Below, piece after piece: positions 11,401 through 25,266 of a stretch of 64,000 nucleotides of DNA. Origin of the DNA: Auanema rhodensis (taxonomy: Eukaryota > Animalia > Nematoda); contig OZ059897.1 in NCBI GenBank assembly GCA_964057225.1, positions 310,001-374,000 on the forward strand, given 5' to 3'. The position numbers and the translations under genes are program-made. A model generated the notes under the pieces. It searched no databases. It saw only the letters and a list, made by a program, of their open reading frames with translations, and had not been told where the DNA came from. Position 1 is the first letter of the stretch. Every line of letters begins with the position of its first letter.

Positions 11401-13920
11401 TGATATAAGTTCACACTTATATCCTCGATTTTCACCCTGAAGAATTAATTTTTTCGTTGAATAACATTGTCCATCATCTTTGCCTTGAATAAAGGAATCT
11501 AAAAACATCTACTTTTTGCTAAATTATTTTGAAATTTTTCGAAAAAATTTTTGTCAAAATGTTTTTGGAAGCAATGTTGAGTGTACATGGAAACTCAACA
11601 TACACTAATGCATCATTTTTCAAACGATCATAACTAATTTTTGTATTAAGCGTTTCTCAATGTAGTATAGTGCATTCGATGCGGATTTTTAAGCTGCGTC
11701 GATCTGTGTTATCAGATTTGCGCTAGCTTAAAAATGCACCGAGATATCAACTGATATAAGTTCACACTTATATCCTCGATTTTCACCCTGAACAATTAAT
11801 TTTTTCGTTGAATAACATTGTCCATCGTCTTTGCCTTGAATAAAGGAATCTAAAAACATCTACTTTTGGCTAAATTATTTTGAAATTTTTCGAAAAAATT
11901 TTTGTCAAAATGTTTTTGGAAGCAATGTTGAGTGTACATGGAAACTCAACATACACTAATGCATCATTTTTCAAACGATCATAACTAATTTTTGTATTGA
12001 GCGTTTCTCAATGTAGTATAGTGCATTCGATGCGGATTTTTAAGCTGCGTCGATCTGTGTTATCAGATTTGCGCTAGCTTAAAAATGCACCGAGATATCA
12101 ACTGATATAAGTTCACACTTATATCCTCGATTTTCACCCTGAAGAATTAATTTTTTCGTTGAATAACATTGTCCATCGTCTTTGCCTTGAAAAAAGAAAT
12201 CTAAAAACATCTACTTTTTGCTAAATTATTTTGAAATTTTTCGAAAAAATTTTTGTCAAAATGTTTTTGGAAGCATTGTTGAGTGTACATGGAAACTCAA
12301 CATACACTAATGCATCATTTTTCAAACGATCATAACTAATTTTTGTATTAAGCGTTTCTCAATGTAGTAAGTGCATTCGATGCGGATTTTTAAGCTGCGT
12401 CGATCTGTGTTATCAGATTTGCGCTAGCTTAAAAATTCACCGAGATATCAACTGATATAAGTTCACACTTATATCCTCGATTTTCACCCTGAAGAATTAA
12501 TTTTTTCGTTGAATAACATTGTCCATCATCTTTGCCTTGAATAAAGGAATCTAAAAACATCTACTTTTTGCTAAATTATTTTGAAATTTTTCGAAAAAAT
12601 TTTTGTCAAAATGTTTTTGGAAGCAATGTTGAGTGTACATGGAAACTCAACATACACTAATGCATCATTTTTCAAACGATCATAACTAATTTTTGTATTA
12701 AGCGTTTCTCAATGTAGTATAGTGCATTCGATGCGGATTTTTAAGCTGCGTCGATCTGTGTTATCAGATTTGCGCTAGCTTAAAAATGCACCGAGATATC
12801 AACTGATATAAGTTCACACTTATATCCTCGATTTTCACCCTGAACAATTAATTTTTTCGTTGAATAACATTGTCCATCGTCTTTGCCTTGAATAAAGGAA
12901 TCTAAAAACATCTACTTTTGGCTAAATTATTTTGAAATTTTTCGAAAAAATTTTTGTCAAAATGTTTTTGGAAGCAATGTTGAGTGTACATGGAAACTCA
13001 ACATACACTAATGCATCATTTTTCAAACGATCATAACTAATTTTTGTATTGAGAGTTTCTCAATGTAGTATAGTGCATTCGATGCGGATTTTTAAGCTGC
13101 GTCGATCTGTGTTATCAGATTTGCGCTAGCTTAAAAATGCACCGAGATATCAACTGATATAAGTTCACACTTATATCCTCGATTTTCACCCTGAAGAATT
13201 AATTTTTTCGTTGAATAACATTGTCCATCGTCTTTGCCTTGAAAAAAGAAATCTAAAAACATCTACTTTTTGCTAAATTATTTTGAAATTTTTCGAAAAA
13301 ATTTTTGTCAAAATGTTTTTGGAAGCATTGTTGAGTGTACATGGAAACTCAACATACACTAATGCATCATTTTTCAAACGATCATAACTAATTTTTGTAT
13401 TAAGCGTTTCTCAATGTAGTAAGTGCATTCGATGCGGATTTTTAAGCTGCGTCGATCTGTGTTATCAGATTTGCGCTAGCTTAAAAATTCACCGAGATAT
13501 CAACTGATATAAGTTCACACTTATATCCTCGATTTTCACCCTGAAGAATTAATTTTTTCGTTGAATAACATTGTCCATCATCTTTGCCTTGAATAAAGGA
13601 ATCTAAAAACATCTACTTTTTGCTAAATTATTTTGAAATTTTTCGAAAAAATTTTTGTCAAAATGTTTTTGGAAGCAATGTTGAGTGTACATGGAAACTC
13701 AACATACACTAATGCATCATTTTTCAAACGATCATAACTAATTTTTGTATTAAGCGTTTCTCAATGTAGTATAGTGCATTCGATGCGGATTTTTAAGCTG
13801 CGTCGATCTGTGTTATCAGATTTGCGCTAGCTTAAAAATGCACCGAGATATCAACTGATATAAGTTCACACTTATATCCTCGATTTTCACCCTGAAGAAT
13901 TAATTTTTTCGTTGAATAAC
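5500..13920 (+). repeat. Block duplication copy 1 (24 monomers, 8421 bp; edges approximate within about 60 bp)
   Basis: The order of private variants in monomers 17-40 is repeated in monomers 41-63. Identical ORFs at 5746 and 14167 are 8421 bp apart (24x351-3). Confidence 0.9.
10531..13686 (+). repeat. 3-monomer higher-order repeat (1052 bp) x3
   Basis: Cycle of [GAACAATT+TTTTGGC], [TTGAGC+AAAGAAAT+GCATT], [GTAGTAAGT 1-bp deletion+AAATTCACC+CATCAT]. Deleted monomers start at 11233, 12285 and 13337. Confidence 0.92.
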
Positions 13921-16900
13921 ATTGTCCATCGTCTTTGCCTTGAATAAAGGAATCTAAAAACACCTACTTTTTGCTAAATTATTTTGAAATTTTTCGAAAA
14001 AATTTTTGTCAAACTGTTTTTGGAAGCAATGTTGAGTGTACATGGAAACTCAACATACACTAATGCATCATTTTTCAAACGATCATAACTAATTTTTGTA
14101 TTAAGCGTTTCTCAATGTAGTATAGTGCATTCGATGCGGATTTTTAAGCTGCGTCGATCTGTGTTATCAGATTTGCGCTAGCTTAAAAATGCACCGAGAT
14201 ATCAACTGATATAAGTTCACACTTATATCCTCGATTTTCACCCTGAAGGAATAATTTTTTCGTTGAATAACATTGTCCATCGTCTTTGCCTTGAATAAAG
14301 GAATCTGAAAACATCTAGTTTTTGCTAAATTATTTTGAAATTTTTCGAAAAAATTTTTGTCAAAATGTTTTTGGAAGCAATGTTGAGTGTACATGGAAAC
14401 TCAACATACACTAATGCATCATTTTTCAAACGATCATAACTAATTTTTGTATTGAGCGTTTCTCAATGTAGTATAGTGCATTCGATGCGGATTTTTAAGC
14501 TGCGTCGATCTGTGTTATCAGATTTGCGCTAGCTTAAAAATGCACCGAGATATCAACTGATATAAGTTCACACTTATATCCTCGATTTTCACCCTGAAGA
14601 ATTAATTTTTTCGTTGAATAGCATTGTCCATCGTCTTTGCCTTGAATAAAGGAATCTAAAAACACCTACTTTTTGCTAAATTATTTTGAAATTTTTCGAA
14701 AAAATTTTTGTCAAACTGTTTTTGGAAGCAATGTTGAGTGTACATGGAAACTCAACATACACTAATGCATCATTTTTCAAACGATCATAACTAATTTTTG
14801 TATTAAGCGTTTCTCAATGTAGTATAGTGCATTCGATGCGGATTTTTAAGCTGCGTCGATCTGTGTTATCAGATTTGCGCTAGCTTAAAAATGCACCGAG
14901 ATATCAACTGATATAAGTTCACACTTATATCCTCGATTTTCACCCTGAAGGAATAATTTTTTCGTTGAATAACATTGTCCATCATCTTTGCCTTGAAAAA
15001 AGGAATCTAAAAACATCTACTTTTTGCTAAATTATTTTGAAATTTTTCGAAAAAATTTTTGTCAAAATGTTTTTGGAAGCAATGTTGAGTGTACATGGAA
15101 ACTCAACATACACTAATGCATCATTTTTCAAACGATCATAACTAATTTTTGTATCAAGCGTTTCTCAATGTAGTATAGTGCATTCGATGCGCATTTTCAA
15201 ACTGCGTCGATCTGTGTTATCAGATTTGCGCTAGCTTAAAAATGCACCGAGATATCAACTGATATAAGTTCACACTTATATCCTCGATTTTCACCCTGAA
15301 GAATTAATTTTTTCGTTGAATAACATTGTCCATCGTCTTTGCCTTGAATAAAGGAATCTAAAAACATCTACTTTTTGCTAAATTATTTTGAAATTTTTCG
15401 AAAAAATTTTTGTCAAAATGTTTTTGGAAGCAATGTTGAGTGTACATGGAAACTCAACATACACTAATGCATCATTTTTCAAACGATCATAACTAATTTT
15501 TGTATTAAGCGTTTCTCAATGTAGTATAGTGCATTCGATGCGGATTTTTAAGCTGCGTCGATCTGTGTTATCAGATTTGCGCTAGCTTAAAAATGCACCG
15601 AGATATCAACTGATATAAGTTCACACTTATATCCTCGATTTTCACCCTGAACAATTAATTTTTTCGTTGAATAACATTGTCCATCGTCTTTGCCTTGAAT
15701 AAAGGAATCTAAAAACATCTACTTTTGGCTAAATTATTTTGAAATTTTTCGAAAAAATTTTTGTCAAAATGTTTTTGGAAGCAATGTTGAGTGTACATGG
15801 AAACTCAACATACACTAATGCATCATTTTTCAAACGATCATAACTAATTTTTGTATTGAGCGTTTCTCAATGTAGTATAGTGCATTCGATGCGGATTTTT
15901 AAGCTGCGTCGATCTGTGTTATCAGATTTGCGCTAGCTTAAAAATGCACCGAGATATCAACTGATATAAGTTCACACTTATATCCTCGATTTTCACCCTG
16001 AAGAATTAATTTTTTCGTTGAATAACATTGTCCATCGTCTTTGCCTTGAATAAAGGAATCTAAAAACACCTACTTTTTGCTAAATTATTTTGAAATTTTT
16101 CGAAAAAATTTTTGTCAAAATGTTTTTGGAAGCAATGTTGAGTGTACATGGAAACTCAACATACACTAATGCATCATTTTTCAAACGATCATAACTAATT
16201 TTTGTATTAAGCGTTTTTCAAAGTAGTATAGTGCATTCGATGCGGATTTTCAAGCTGCGTCGATCTGTGTTATCAGATTTGCGCTAGCTTAAAAATGCAC
16301 CGAGATATCAACTGATATAAGTTCACACTTATATCCTCGATTTTCACCCTGAAGAATTAATTTTTTCGTTGAATAACATTGTCCATCATCTTTGCCTTGA
16401 AAAAAGGAATCTAAAAACATCTACTTTTTGCTAAATTATTTTGAAATTTTTCGAAAAAATTTTTGTCAAAATGTTTTTGGAAGCAATGTTGAGTGTACAT
16501 GGAAACTCAACATACACTAATGCATCATTTTTCAAACGATCATAACTAATTTTTGTATTAAGCGTTTCTCAATGTAGTATAGTGCATTCGATGCGGATTT
16601 TTAAGCTGCGTCGATCTGTGTTATCAGATTTGCGCTAGCTTAAAAATGCACCGAGATATCAACTGATATAAGTTCACACTTATATCCTCGATTTTCACCC
16701 TGAAGAATTAATTTTTTCGTTGAATAACATTGTCCATCGTCTTTGCCTTGAATAAAGGAATCTAAAAACACCTACTTTTTGCTAAATTATTTTGAAATTT
16801 TTCGAAAAAATTTTTGTCAAAATGTTTTTGGAAGCAATGTTGAGTGTACATGGAAACTCAACATACACTAATGCATCATTTTTCAAACGATCATAACTAA

Positions 16901-19900
16901 TTTTTGTATTAAGCGTTTTTCAAAGTAGTATAGTGCATTCGATGCGGATTTTCAAGCTGCGTCGATCTGTGTTATCAGATTTGCGCTAGCTTAAAAATGC
17001 ACCGAGATATCAACTGATATAAGTTCACACTTATATCCTCGATTTTCACCCTGAAGAATTAATTTTTTCGTTGAATAACATTGTCCATCATCTTTGCCTT
17101 GAAAAAAGGAATCTAAAAACATCTACTTTTTGCTAAATTATTTTGAAATTTTTCGAAAAAATTTTTGTCAAAATGTTTTTGGAAGCAATGTTGAGTGTAC
17201 ATGGAAACTCAACATACACTAATGCATCATTTTTCAAACGATCATAACTAATTTTTGTATTAAGCGTTTCTCAATGTAGTATAGTGCATTCGATGCGGAT
17301 TTTTAAGCTGCGTCGATCTGTGTTATCAGATTTGCGCTAGCTTAAAAATGCACCGAGATATCAACTGATATAAGTTCACACTTATATCCTCGATTTTCAC
17401 CCTGAAGAATTAATTTTTTCGTTGAATAACATTGTCCATCGTCTTTGCCTTGAATAAAGGAATCTAAAAACATCTAGTTTTTGCTAAATTATTTTGAAAT
17501 TTTTCGAAAAAATTTTTGTCAAAATGTTTTTGGAAGCAATGTTGAGTGTACATGGAAACTCAACATACACTAATGCATCATTTTTCAAACGATCATAACT
17601 AATTTTTGTATTAAGCGTTTCTCAATGTAGTATAGTGCATTCGATGCGGATTTTTAAGCTGCGTCGATCTGTGTTATCAGATTTGCGCTAGCTTAAAAAT
17701 GCACCGAGATATCAACTGATATAAGTTCACACTTATATCCTCGATTTTCACCCTGAAGAATTAATTTTTTCGTTGAATAGCATTGTCCATCGTCTTTGCC
17801 TTGAATAAAGGAATCTAAAAACACCTACTTTTTGCTAAATTATTTTGAAATTTTTCGAAAAAATTTTTGTCAAAATGTTTTTGGAAGCAATGTTGAGTGT
17901 ACATGGAAACTCAACATACACTAATGCATCATTTTTCAAACGATCATAACTAATTTTTGTATTAAGCGTTTCTCAATGTAGTATAGTGCATTCGATGCGG
18001 ATTTTTAAGCTGCGTCGATCTGTGTTATCAGATTTGCGCTAGCTTAAAAATGCACCGAGATATCAACTGATATAAGTTCACACTTATATCCTCGATTTTC
18101 ACCCTGAAGGAATAATTTTTTCGTTGAATAACATTGTCCATCATCTTTGCCTTGAAAAAAGGAATCTAAAAACATCTACTTTTTGCTAAATTATTTTGAA
18201 ATTTTTCGAAAAAATTTTTGTCAAAATGTTTTTGGAAGCAATGTTGAGTGTACATGGAAACTCAACATACACTAATGCATCATTTTTCAAACGATCATAA
18301 CTAATTTTTGTATCAAGCGTTTCTCAATGTAGTATAGTGCATTCGATGCGCATTTTCAAACTGCGTCGATCTGTGTTATCAGATTTGCGCTAGCTTAAAA
18401 ATGCACCGAGATATCAACTGATATAAGTTCACACTTATATCCTCGATTTTCACCCTGAAGAATTAATTTTTTCGTTGAATAACATTGTCCATCGTCTTTG
18501 CCTTGAATAAAGGAATCTAAAAACATCTACTTTTTGCTAAATTATTTTGAAATTTTTCGAAAAAATTTTTGTCAAAATGTTTTTGGAAGCAATGTTGAGT
18601 GTACATGGAAACTCAACATACACTAATGCATCATTTTTCAAACGATCATAACTAATTTTTGTATTAAGCGTTTCTCAATGTAGTATAGTGCATTCGATGC
18701 GGATTTTTAAGCTGCGTCGATCTGTGTTATCAGATTTGCGCTAGCTTAAAAATGCACCGAGATATCAACTGATATAAGTTCACACTTATATCCTCGATTT
18801 TCACCCTGAACAATTAATTTTTTCGTTGAATAACATTGTCCATCGTCTTTGCCTTGAATAAAGGAATCTAAAAACATCTACTTTTGGCTAAATTATTTTG
18901 AAATTTTTCGAAAAAATTTTTGTCAAAATGTTTTTGGAAGCAATGTTGAGTGTACATGGAAACTCAACATACACTAATGCATCATTTTTCAAACGATCAT
19001 AACTAATTTTTGTATTGAGCGTTTCTCAATGTAGTATAGTGCATTCGATGCGGATTTTTAAGCTGCGTCGATCTGTGTTATCAGATTTGCGCTAGCTTAA
19101 AAATGCACCGAGATATCAACTGATATAAGTTCACACTTATATCCTCGATTTTCACCCTGAAGAATTAATTTTTTCGTTGAATAACATTGTCCATCGTCTT
19201 TGCCTTGAAAAAAGAAATCTAAAAACATCTACTTTTTGCTAAATTATTTTGAAATTTTTCGAAAAAATTTTTGTCAAAATGTTTTTGGAAGCATTGTTGA
19301 GTGTACATGGAAACTCAACATACACTAATGCATCATTTTTCAAACGATCATAACTAATTTTTGTATTAAGCGTTTCTCAATGTAGTAAGTGCATTCGATG
19401 CGGATTTTTAAGCTGCGTCGATCTGTGTTATCAGATTTGCGCTAGCTTAAAAATTCACCGAGATATCAACTGATATAAGTTCACACTTATATCCTCGATT
19501 TTCACCCTGAAGAATTAATTTTTTCGTTGAATAACATTGTCCATCATCTTTGCCTTGAATAAAGGAATCTAAAAACATCTACTTTTTGCTAAATTATTTT
19601 GAAATTTTTCGAAAAAATTTTTGTCAAAATGTTTTTGGAAGCAATGTTGAGTGTACATGGAAACTCAACATACACTAATGCATCATTTTTCAAACGATCA
19701 TAACTAATTTTTGTATTAAGCGTTTCTCAATGTAGTATAGTGCATTCGATGCGGATTTTTAAGCTGCGTCGATCTGTGTTATCAGATTTGCGCTAGCTTA
19801 AAAATGCACCGAGATATCAACTGATATAAGTTCACACTTATATCCTCGATTTTCACCCTGAACAATTAATTTTTTCGTTGAATAACATTGTCCATCGTCT

Positions 19901-21990
19901 TTGCCTTGAATAAAGGAATCTAAAAACATCTACTTTTGGCTAAATTATTTTGAAATTTTTCGAAAAAATTTTTGTCAAAATGTTTTTGGAAGCAATGTTG
20001 AGTGTACATGGAAACTCAACATACACTAATGCATCATTTTTCAAACGATCATAACTAATTTTTGTATTGAGCGTTTCTCAATGTAGTATAGTGCATTCGA
20101 TGCGGATTTTTAAGCTGCGTCGATCTGTGTTATCAGATTTGCGCTAGCTTAAAAATGCACCGAGATATCAACTGATATAAGTTCACACTTATATCCTCGA
20201 TTTTCACCCTGAAGAATTAATTTTTTCGTTGAATAACATTGTCCATCGTCTTTGCCTTGAAAAAAGAAATCTAAAAACATCTACTTTTTGCTAAATTATT
20301 TTGAAATTTTTCGAAAAAATTTTTGTCAAAATGTTTTTGGAAGCATTGTTGAGTGTACATGGAAACTCAACATACACTAATGCATCATTTTTCAAACGAT
20401 CATAACTAATTTTTGTATTAAGCGTTTCTCAATGTAGTAAGTGCATTCGATGCGGATTTTTAAGCTGCGTCGATCTGTGTTATCAGATTTGCGCTAGCTT
20501 AAAAATTCACCGAGATATCAACTGATATAAGTTCACACTTATATCCTCGATTTTCACCCTGAAGAATTAATTTTTTCGTTGAATAACATTGTCCATCATC
20601 TTTGCCTTGAATAAAGGAATCTAAAAACATCTACTTTTTGCTAAATTATTTTGAAATTTTTCGAAAAAATTTTTGTCAAAATGTTTTTGGAAGCAATGTT
20701 GAGTGTACATGGAAACTCAACATACACTAATGCATCATTTTTCAAACGATCATAACTAATTTTTGTATTAAGCGTTTCTCAATGTAGTATAGTGCATTCG
20801 ATGCGGATTTTTAAGCTGCGTCGATCTGTGTTATCAGATTTGCGCTAGCTTAAAAATGCACCGAGATATCAACTGATATAAGTTCACACTTATATCCTCG
20901 ATTTTCACCCTGAACAATTAATTTTTTCGTTGAATAACATTGTCCATCGTCTTTGCCTTGAATAAAGGAATCTAAAAACATCTACTTTTGGCTAAATTAT
21001 TTTGAAATTTTTCGAAAAAATTTTTGTCAAAATGTTTTTGGAAGCAATGTTGAGTGTACATGGAAACTCAACATACACTAATGCATCATTTTTCAAACGA
21101 TCATAACTAATTTTTGTATTGAGAGTTTCTCAATGTAGTATAGTGCATTCGATGCGGATTTTTAAGCTGCGTCGATCTGTGTTATCAGATTTGCGCTAGC
21201 TTAAAAATGCACCGAGATATCAACTGATATAAGTTCACACTTATATCCTCGATTTTCACCCTGAAGAATTAATTTTTTCGTTGAATAACATTGTCCATCG
21301 TCTTTGCCTTGAAAAAAGAAATCTAAAAACATCTACTTTTTGCTAAATTATTTTGAAATTTTTCGAAAAAATTTTTGTCAAAATGTTTTTGGAAGCATTG
21401 TTGAGTGTACATGGAAACTCAACATACACTAATGCATCATTTTTCAAACGATCATAACTAATTTTTGTATTAAGCGTTTCTCAATGTAGTAAGTGCATTC
21501 GATGCGGATTTTTAAGCTGCGTCGATCTGTGTTATCAGATTTGCGCTAGCTTAAAAATTCACCGAGATATCAACTGATATAAGTTCACACTTATATCCTC
21601 GATTTTCACCCTGAAGAATTAATTTTTTCGTTGAATAACATTGTCCATCATCTTTGCCTTGAATAAAGGAATCTAAAAACATCTACTTTTTGCTAAATTA
21701 TTTTGAAATTTTTCGAAAAAATTTTTGTCAAAATGTTTTTGGAAGCAATGTTGAGTGTACATGGAAACTCAACATACACTAATGCATCATTTTTCAAACG
21801 ATCATAACTAATTTTTGTATTAAGCGTTTCTCAATGTAGTATAGTGCATTCGATGCGGATTTTTAAGCTGCGTCGATCTGTGTTATCAGATTTGCGCTAG
21901 CTTAAAAATGCACCGAGATATCAACTGATATAAGTTCACACTTATATCCTCGATTTTCACCCTGAAGAATTAATTTTTTCGTTGAATAAC
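13921..21990 (+). repeat. Block duplication copy 2 (23 monomers, 8070 bp; edges approximate)
   Basis: Same variant series as copy 1 (TCTGAAAA, AATAGCA, AAACTG, CGCATTTTCAAAC, GAACAATT, three 1-bp deletions, GAGAGT), but it lacks the extra monomer seen at 10531. Confidence 0.9.
18601..21756 (+). repeat. 3-monomer higher-order repeat (1052 bp) x3, duplicate of 10531-13686
   Basis: Deleted monomers start at 19303, 20355 and 21407; the GAGAGT variant is again in the third unit. Confidence 0.92.
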
Positions 21991-24900
21991 ATTGTCCATC
22001 GTCTTTGCCTTGAATAAAGGAATCTAAAAACACCTACTTTTTGCTAAATTATCTTGAAATTTTTCGAAAAAATTTTTGTCAAAATGTTTTTGGAAGCAAT
22101 GTTGAGTGTACATGGAAACTCAACATACACTAATGCATCATTTTTCAAACGATCATAACTAATTTTTGTATTAAGCGTTTCTCAATGTAGTATAGTGCAT
22201 TCGATGCGGATTTTTAAGCTGCGTCGATCTGTGTTATCAGATTTGCGCTAGCTTAAAAATGCACCGAGATATCAACTGATATAAGTTCACACTTATATCC
22301 TCGATTTTCACCCTGAAGGAATAATTTTTTCGTTGAATAACATTGTCCATCATCTTTGCCTTGAAAAAAGGAATCTAAAAACATCTACTTTTTGCTAAAT
22401 TATTTTGAAATTTTTCGAAAAAATTTTTGTCAAAATGTTTTTGGAAGCAATGTTGAGTGTACATGGAAACTCAACATACACTAATGCATCATTTTTCAAA
22501 CGATCATAACTAATTTTTGTATTAAGCGTTTCTCAATGTAGTATAGTGCATTCGATGCGCATTTTCAAACTGCGTCGATCTGTGTTATCAGATTTGCGCT
22601 AGCTTAAAAATGCACCGAGATATCAACTGATATAAGTTCACACTTATATCCTCGATTTTCACCCTGAAGAATTAATTTTTTCGTTGAATAACATTGTCCA
22701 TCGTCTTTGCCTTGAAAAAAGGAATCTAAAAACATCTACTTTTTGCTAAATTATTTTGAAATTTTTCGAAAAAATTTTTGTCAAAATGTTTTTGGAAGCA
22801 TTGTTGAGTGTACATGGAAACTCAACATACACTAATGCATCATTTTTCAAACGATCATAACTAATTTTTGTATTAAGCGTTTCTCAATGTAGTATAGTGC
22901 ATTCGATGCGGATTTTTAAGCTGCGTCGATCTGTGTTATCAGATTTGCGCTAGCTTAAAAATGCACCGAGATATCAACTGATATAAGTTCACACTTATAT
23001 CCTCGATTTTCACCCTGAAGGAATAATTTTTTCGTTGAATAACATTGTCCATCGTCTTTGCCTTGAAAAAAGGAATCTAAAAACATCTACTTTTTGCTAA
23101 ATTATTTTGAAATTTTTCGAAAAAATTTTTGTCAAAATGTTTTTGGAAGCATTGTTGAGTGTACATGGAAACTCAACATACACTAATGCATCATTTTTCA
23201 AACGATCATAACTAATTTTTGTATTAAGCCTTTCTCAATGTAGTATAGTGCATTCGATGCGGATTTTTAAGCTGCGTCGATCTCTGTTATCAGATTTGCG
23301 CTAGCTTAAAAATGCACCGAGATATCAAATGATATAAGTTCACACTTATATCCTCGATTTTCACCCTGAAGGAATAATTTTTTCGTTGAATAACATTGTC
23401 CATCGTCTTTGCCTTGAAAAAAGGAATCTAAAAACATCTACTTTTTGCTAAATTATTTTGAAATTTTTCGAAAAAATTTTTGTCAAAATGTTTTTGGAAG
23501 CATTGTTGAGTGTACATGGAAACTCAACATACACTAATGCATCATTTTTCAAACGATCATAACTAATTTTTGTATTAAGCCTTTCTCAATGTAGTATAGT
23601 GCATTCGATGCGGATTTTTAAGCTGCGTCGATCTCTGTTATCAGATTTGCGCTAGCTTAAAAATGCACCGAGATATCAACTGATATAAGTTCACACTTAT
23701 ATCCTCGATTTTCACCCTGAAGAATTAATTTTTTCGTTGAATAACATTGTCCATCGTCTTTGCCTTGAATAAAGGAATCTAAAAACATCTACTTTTTGCT
23801 AAATTATTTTGAAATTTTTCGAAAAAATTTTTGTCAAAATGTTTTTGGAAGCAATGTTGAGTGTACATGGAAACTCAACATACACTAATGCATCATTTTT
23901 CAAACGATCATAACTAATTTTTGTATTAAGCGTTTCTCAATGTAGTATAGTGCATTCGATGCGGATTTTAAAGCTGCGTCGATCTGTGTTATCAGATTTG
24001 CGCTAGCTTAAAAATGCACCGAGATATCAACTGATATAAGTTCACACTTATATCCTCGATTTTCACCCTGAAGAATTAATTTTTTCGTTGAATAACATTG
24101 TCTATCGTCTTTGCCTTGAATAAAGGAATCTAAAAACACCTACTTTTTGCTAAATTATTTTGAAATTTTTCGAAAAAATTTTTGTCAAAATGTTTTTGGA
24201 AGCAATGTTGAGTGTACATGGAAACTCAACATACACTAATGCATCATTTTTCAAACGATCATAACTAATTTTTGTATTAAGCGTTTCTCAATGTAGTATA
24301 GTGCATTCGATGCGGATTTTTAAGCTGCGTCGATCTGTGTTATCAGATTTGCGCTAGCTTAAAAATGCACCGAGATATCAACTGATATAAGTTCACACTT
24401 ATATCCTCGATTTTCACCCTGAAGGAATAATTTTTTCGTTGAATAACATTGTCCATCGTCTTTGCCTTGAAAAAAGGAATCTAAAAACATCTACTTTTTG
24501 CTAAATTATTTTGAAATTTTTCGAAAAAATTTTTGTCAAAATGTTTTTGGAAGCATTGTTGAGTGTACATGGAAACTCAACATACACTAATGCATCATTT
24601 TTCAAACGATCATAACTAATTTTTGTATTAAGCGTTTCTCAATGTAGTATAGTGCATTCGATGCGGATTTTTAAGCTGCGTCGATCTGTGTTATCAGATT
24701 TGCGCTAGCTTAAAAATGCACCGAGATATCAACTGATATAAGTTCACACTTATATCCTCGATTTTCACCCTGAAGGAATAATTTTTTCGTTGAATAACAT
24801 TGTCCATCGTCTTTGCCTTGAAAAAAGGAATCTAAAAACATCTACTTTTTGCTAAATTATTTTGAAATTTTTCGAAAAAATTTTTGTCAAAATGTTTTTG

Positions 24901-25266
24901 GAAGCATTGTTGAGTGTACATGGAAACTCAACATACACTAATGCATCATTTTTCAAACGATCATAACTAATTTTTGTATTAAGCCTTTCTCAATGTAGTA
25001 TAGTGCATTCGATGCGGATTTTTAAGCTGCGTCGATCTCTGTTATCAGATTTGCGCTAGCTTAAAAATGCACCGAGATATCAACTGATATAAGTTCACAC
25101 TTATATCCTCGATTTTCACCCTGAACAATTAATTTTTTCGTTGAATAACATTGTCCATCGTCTTTGCCTTGAATAAAGGAATCTAAAAACATCTACTTTT
25201 GGCTAAATTATTTTGAAATTTTTCGAAAAAATTTTTGTCAAAATGTTTTTGGAAGCAATGTTGAGT

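Noticed and set aside
14167-14394. Identical 75-aa minus-strand ORF
   Set aside because: It is the same monomer copied by the 8421-bp block duplication; useful only as a marker of that event.
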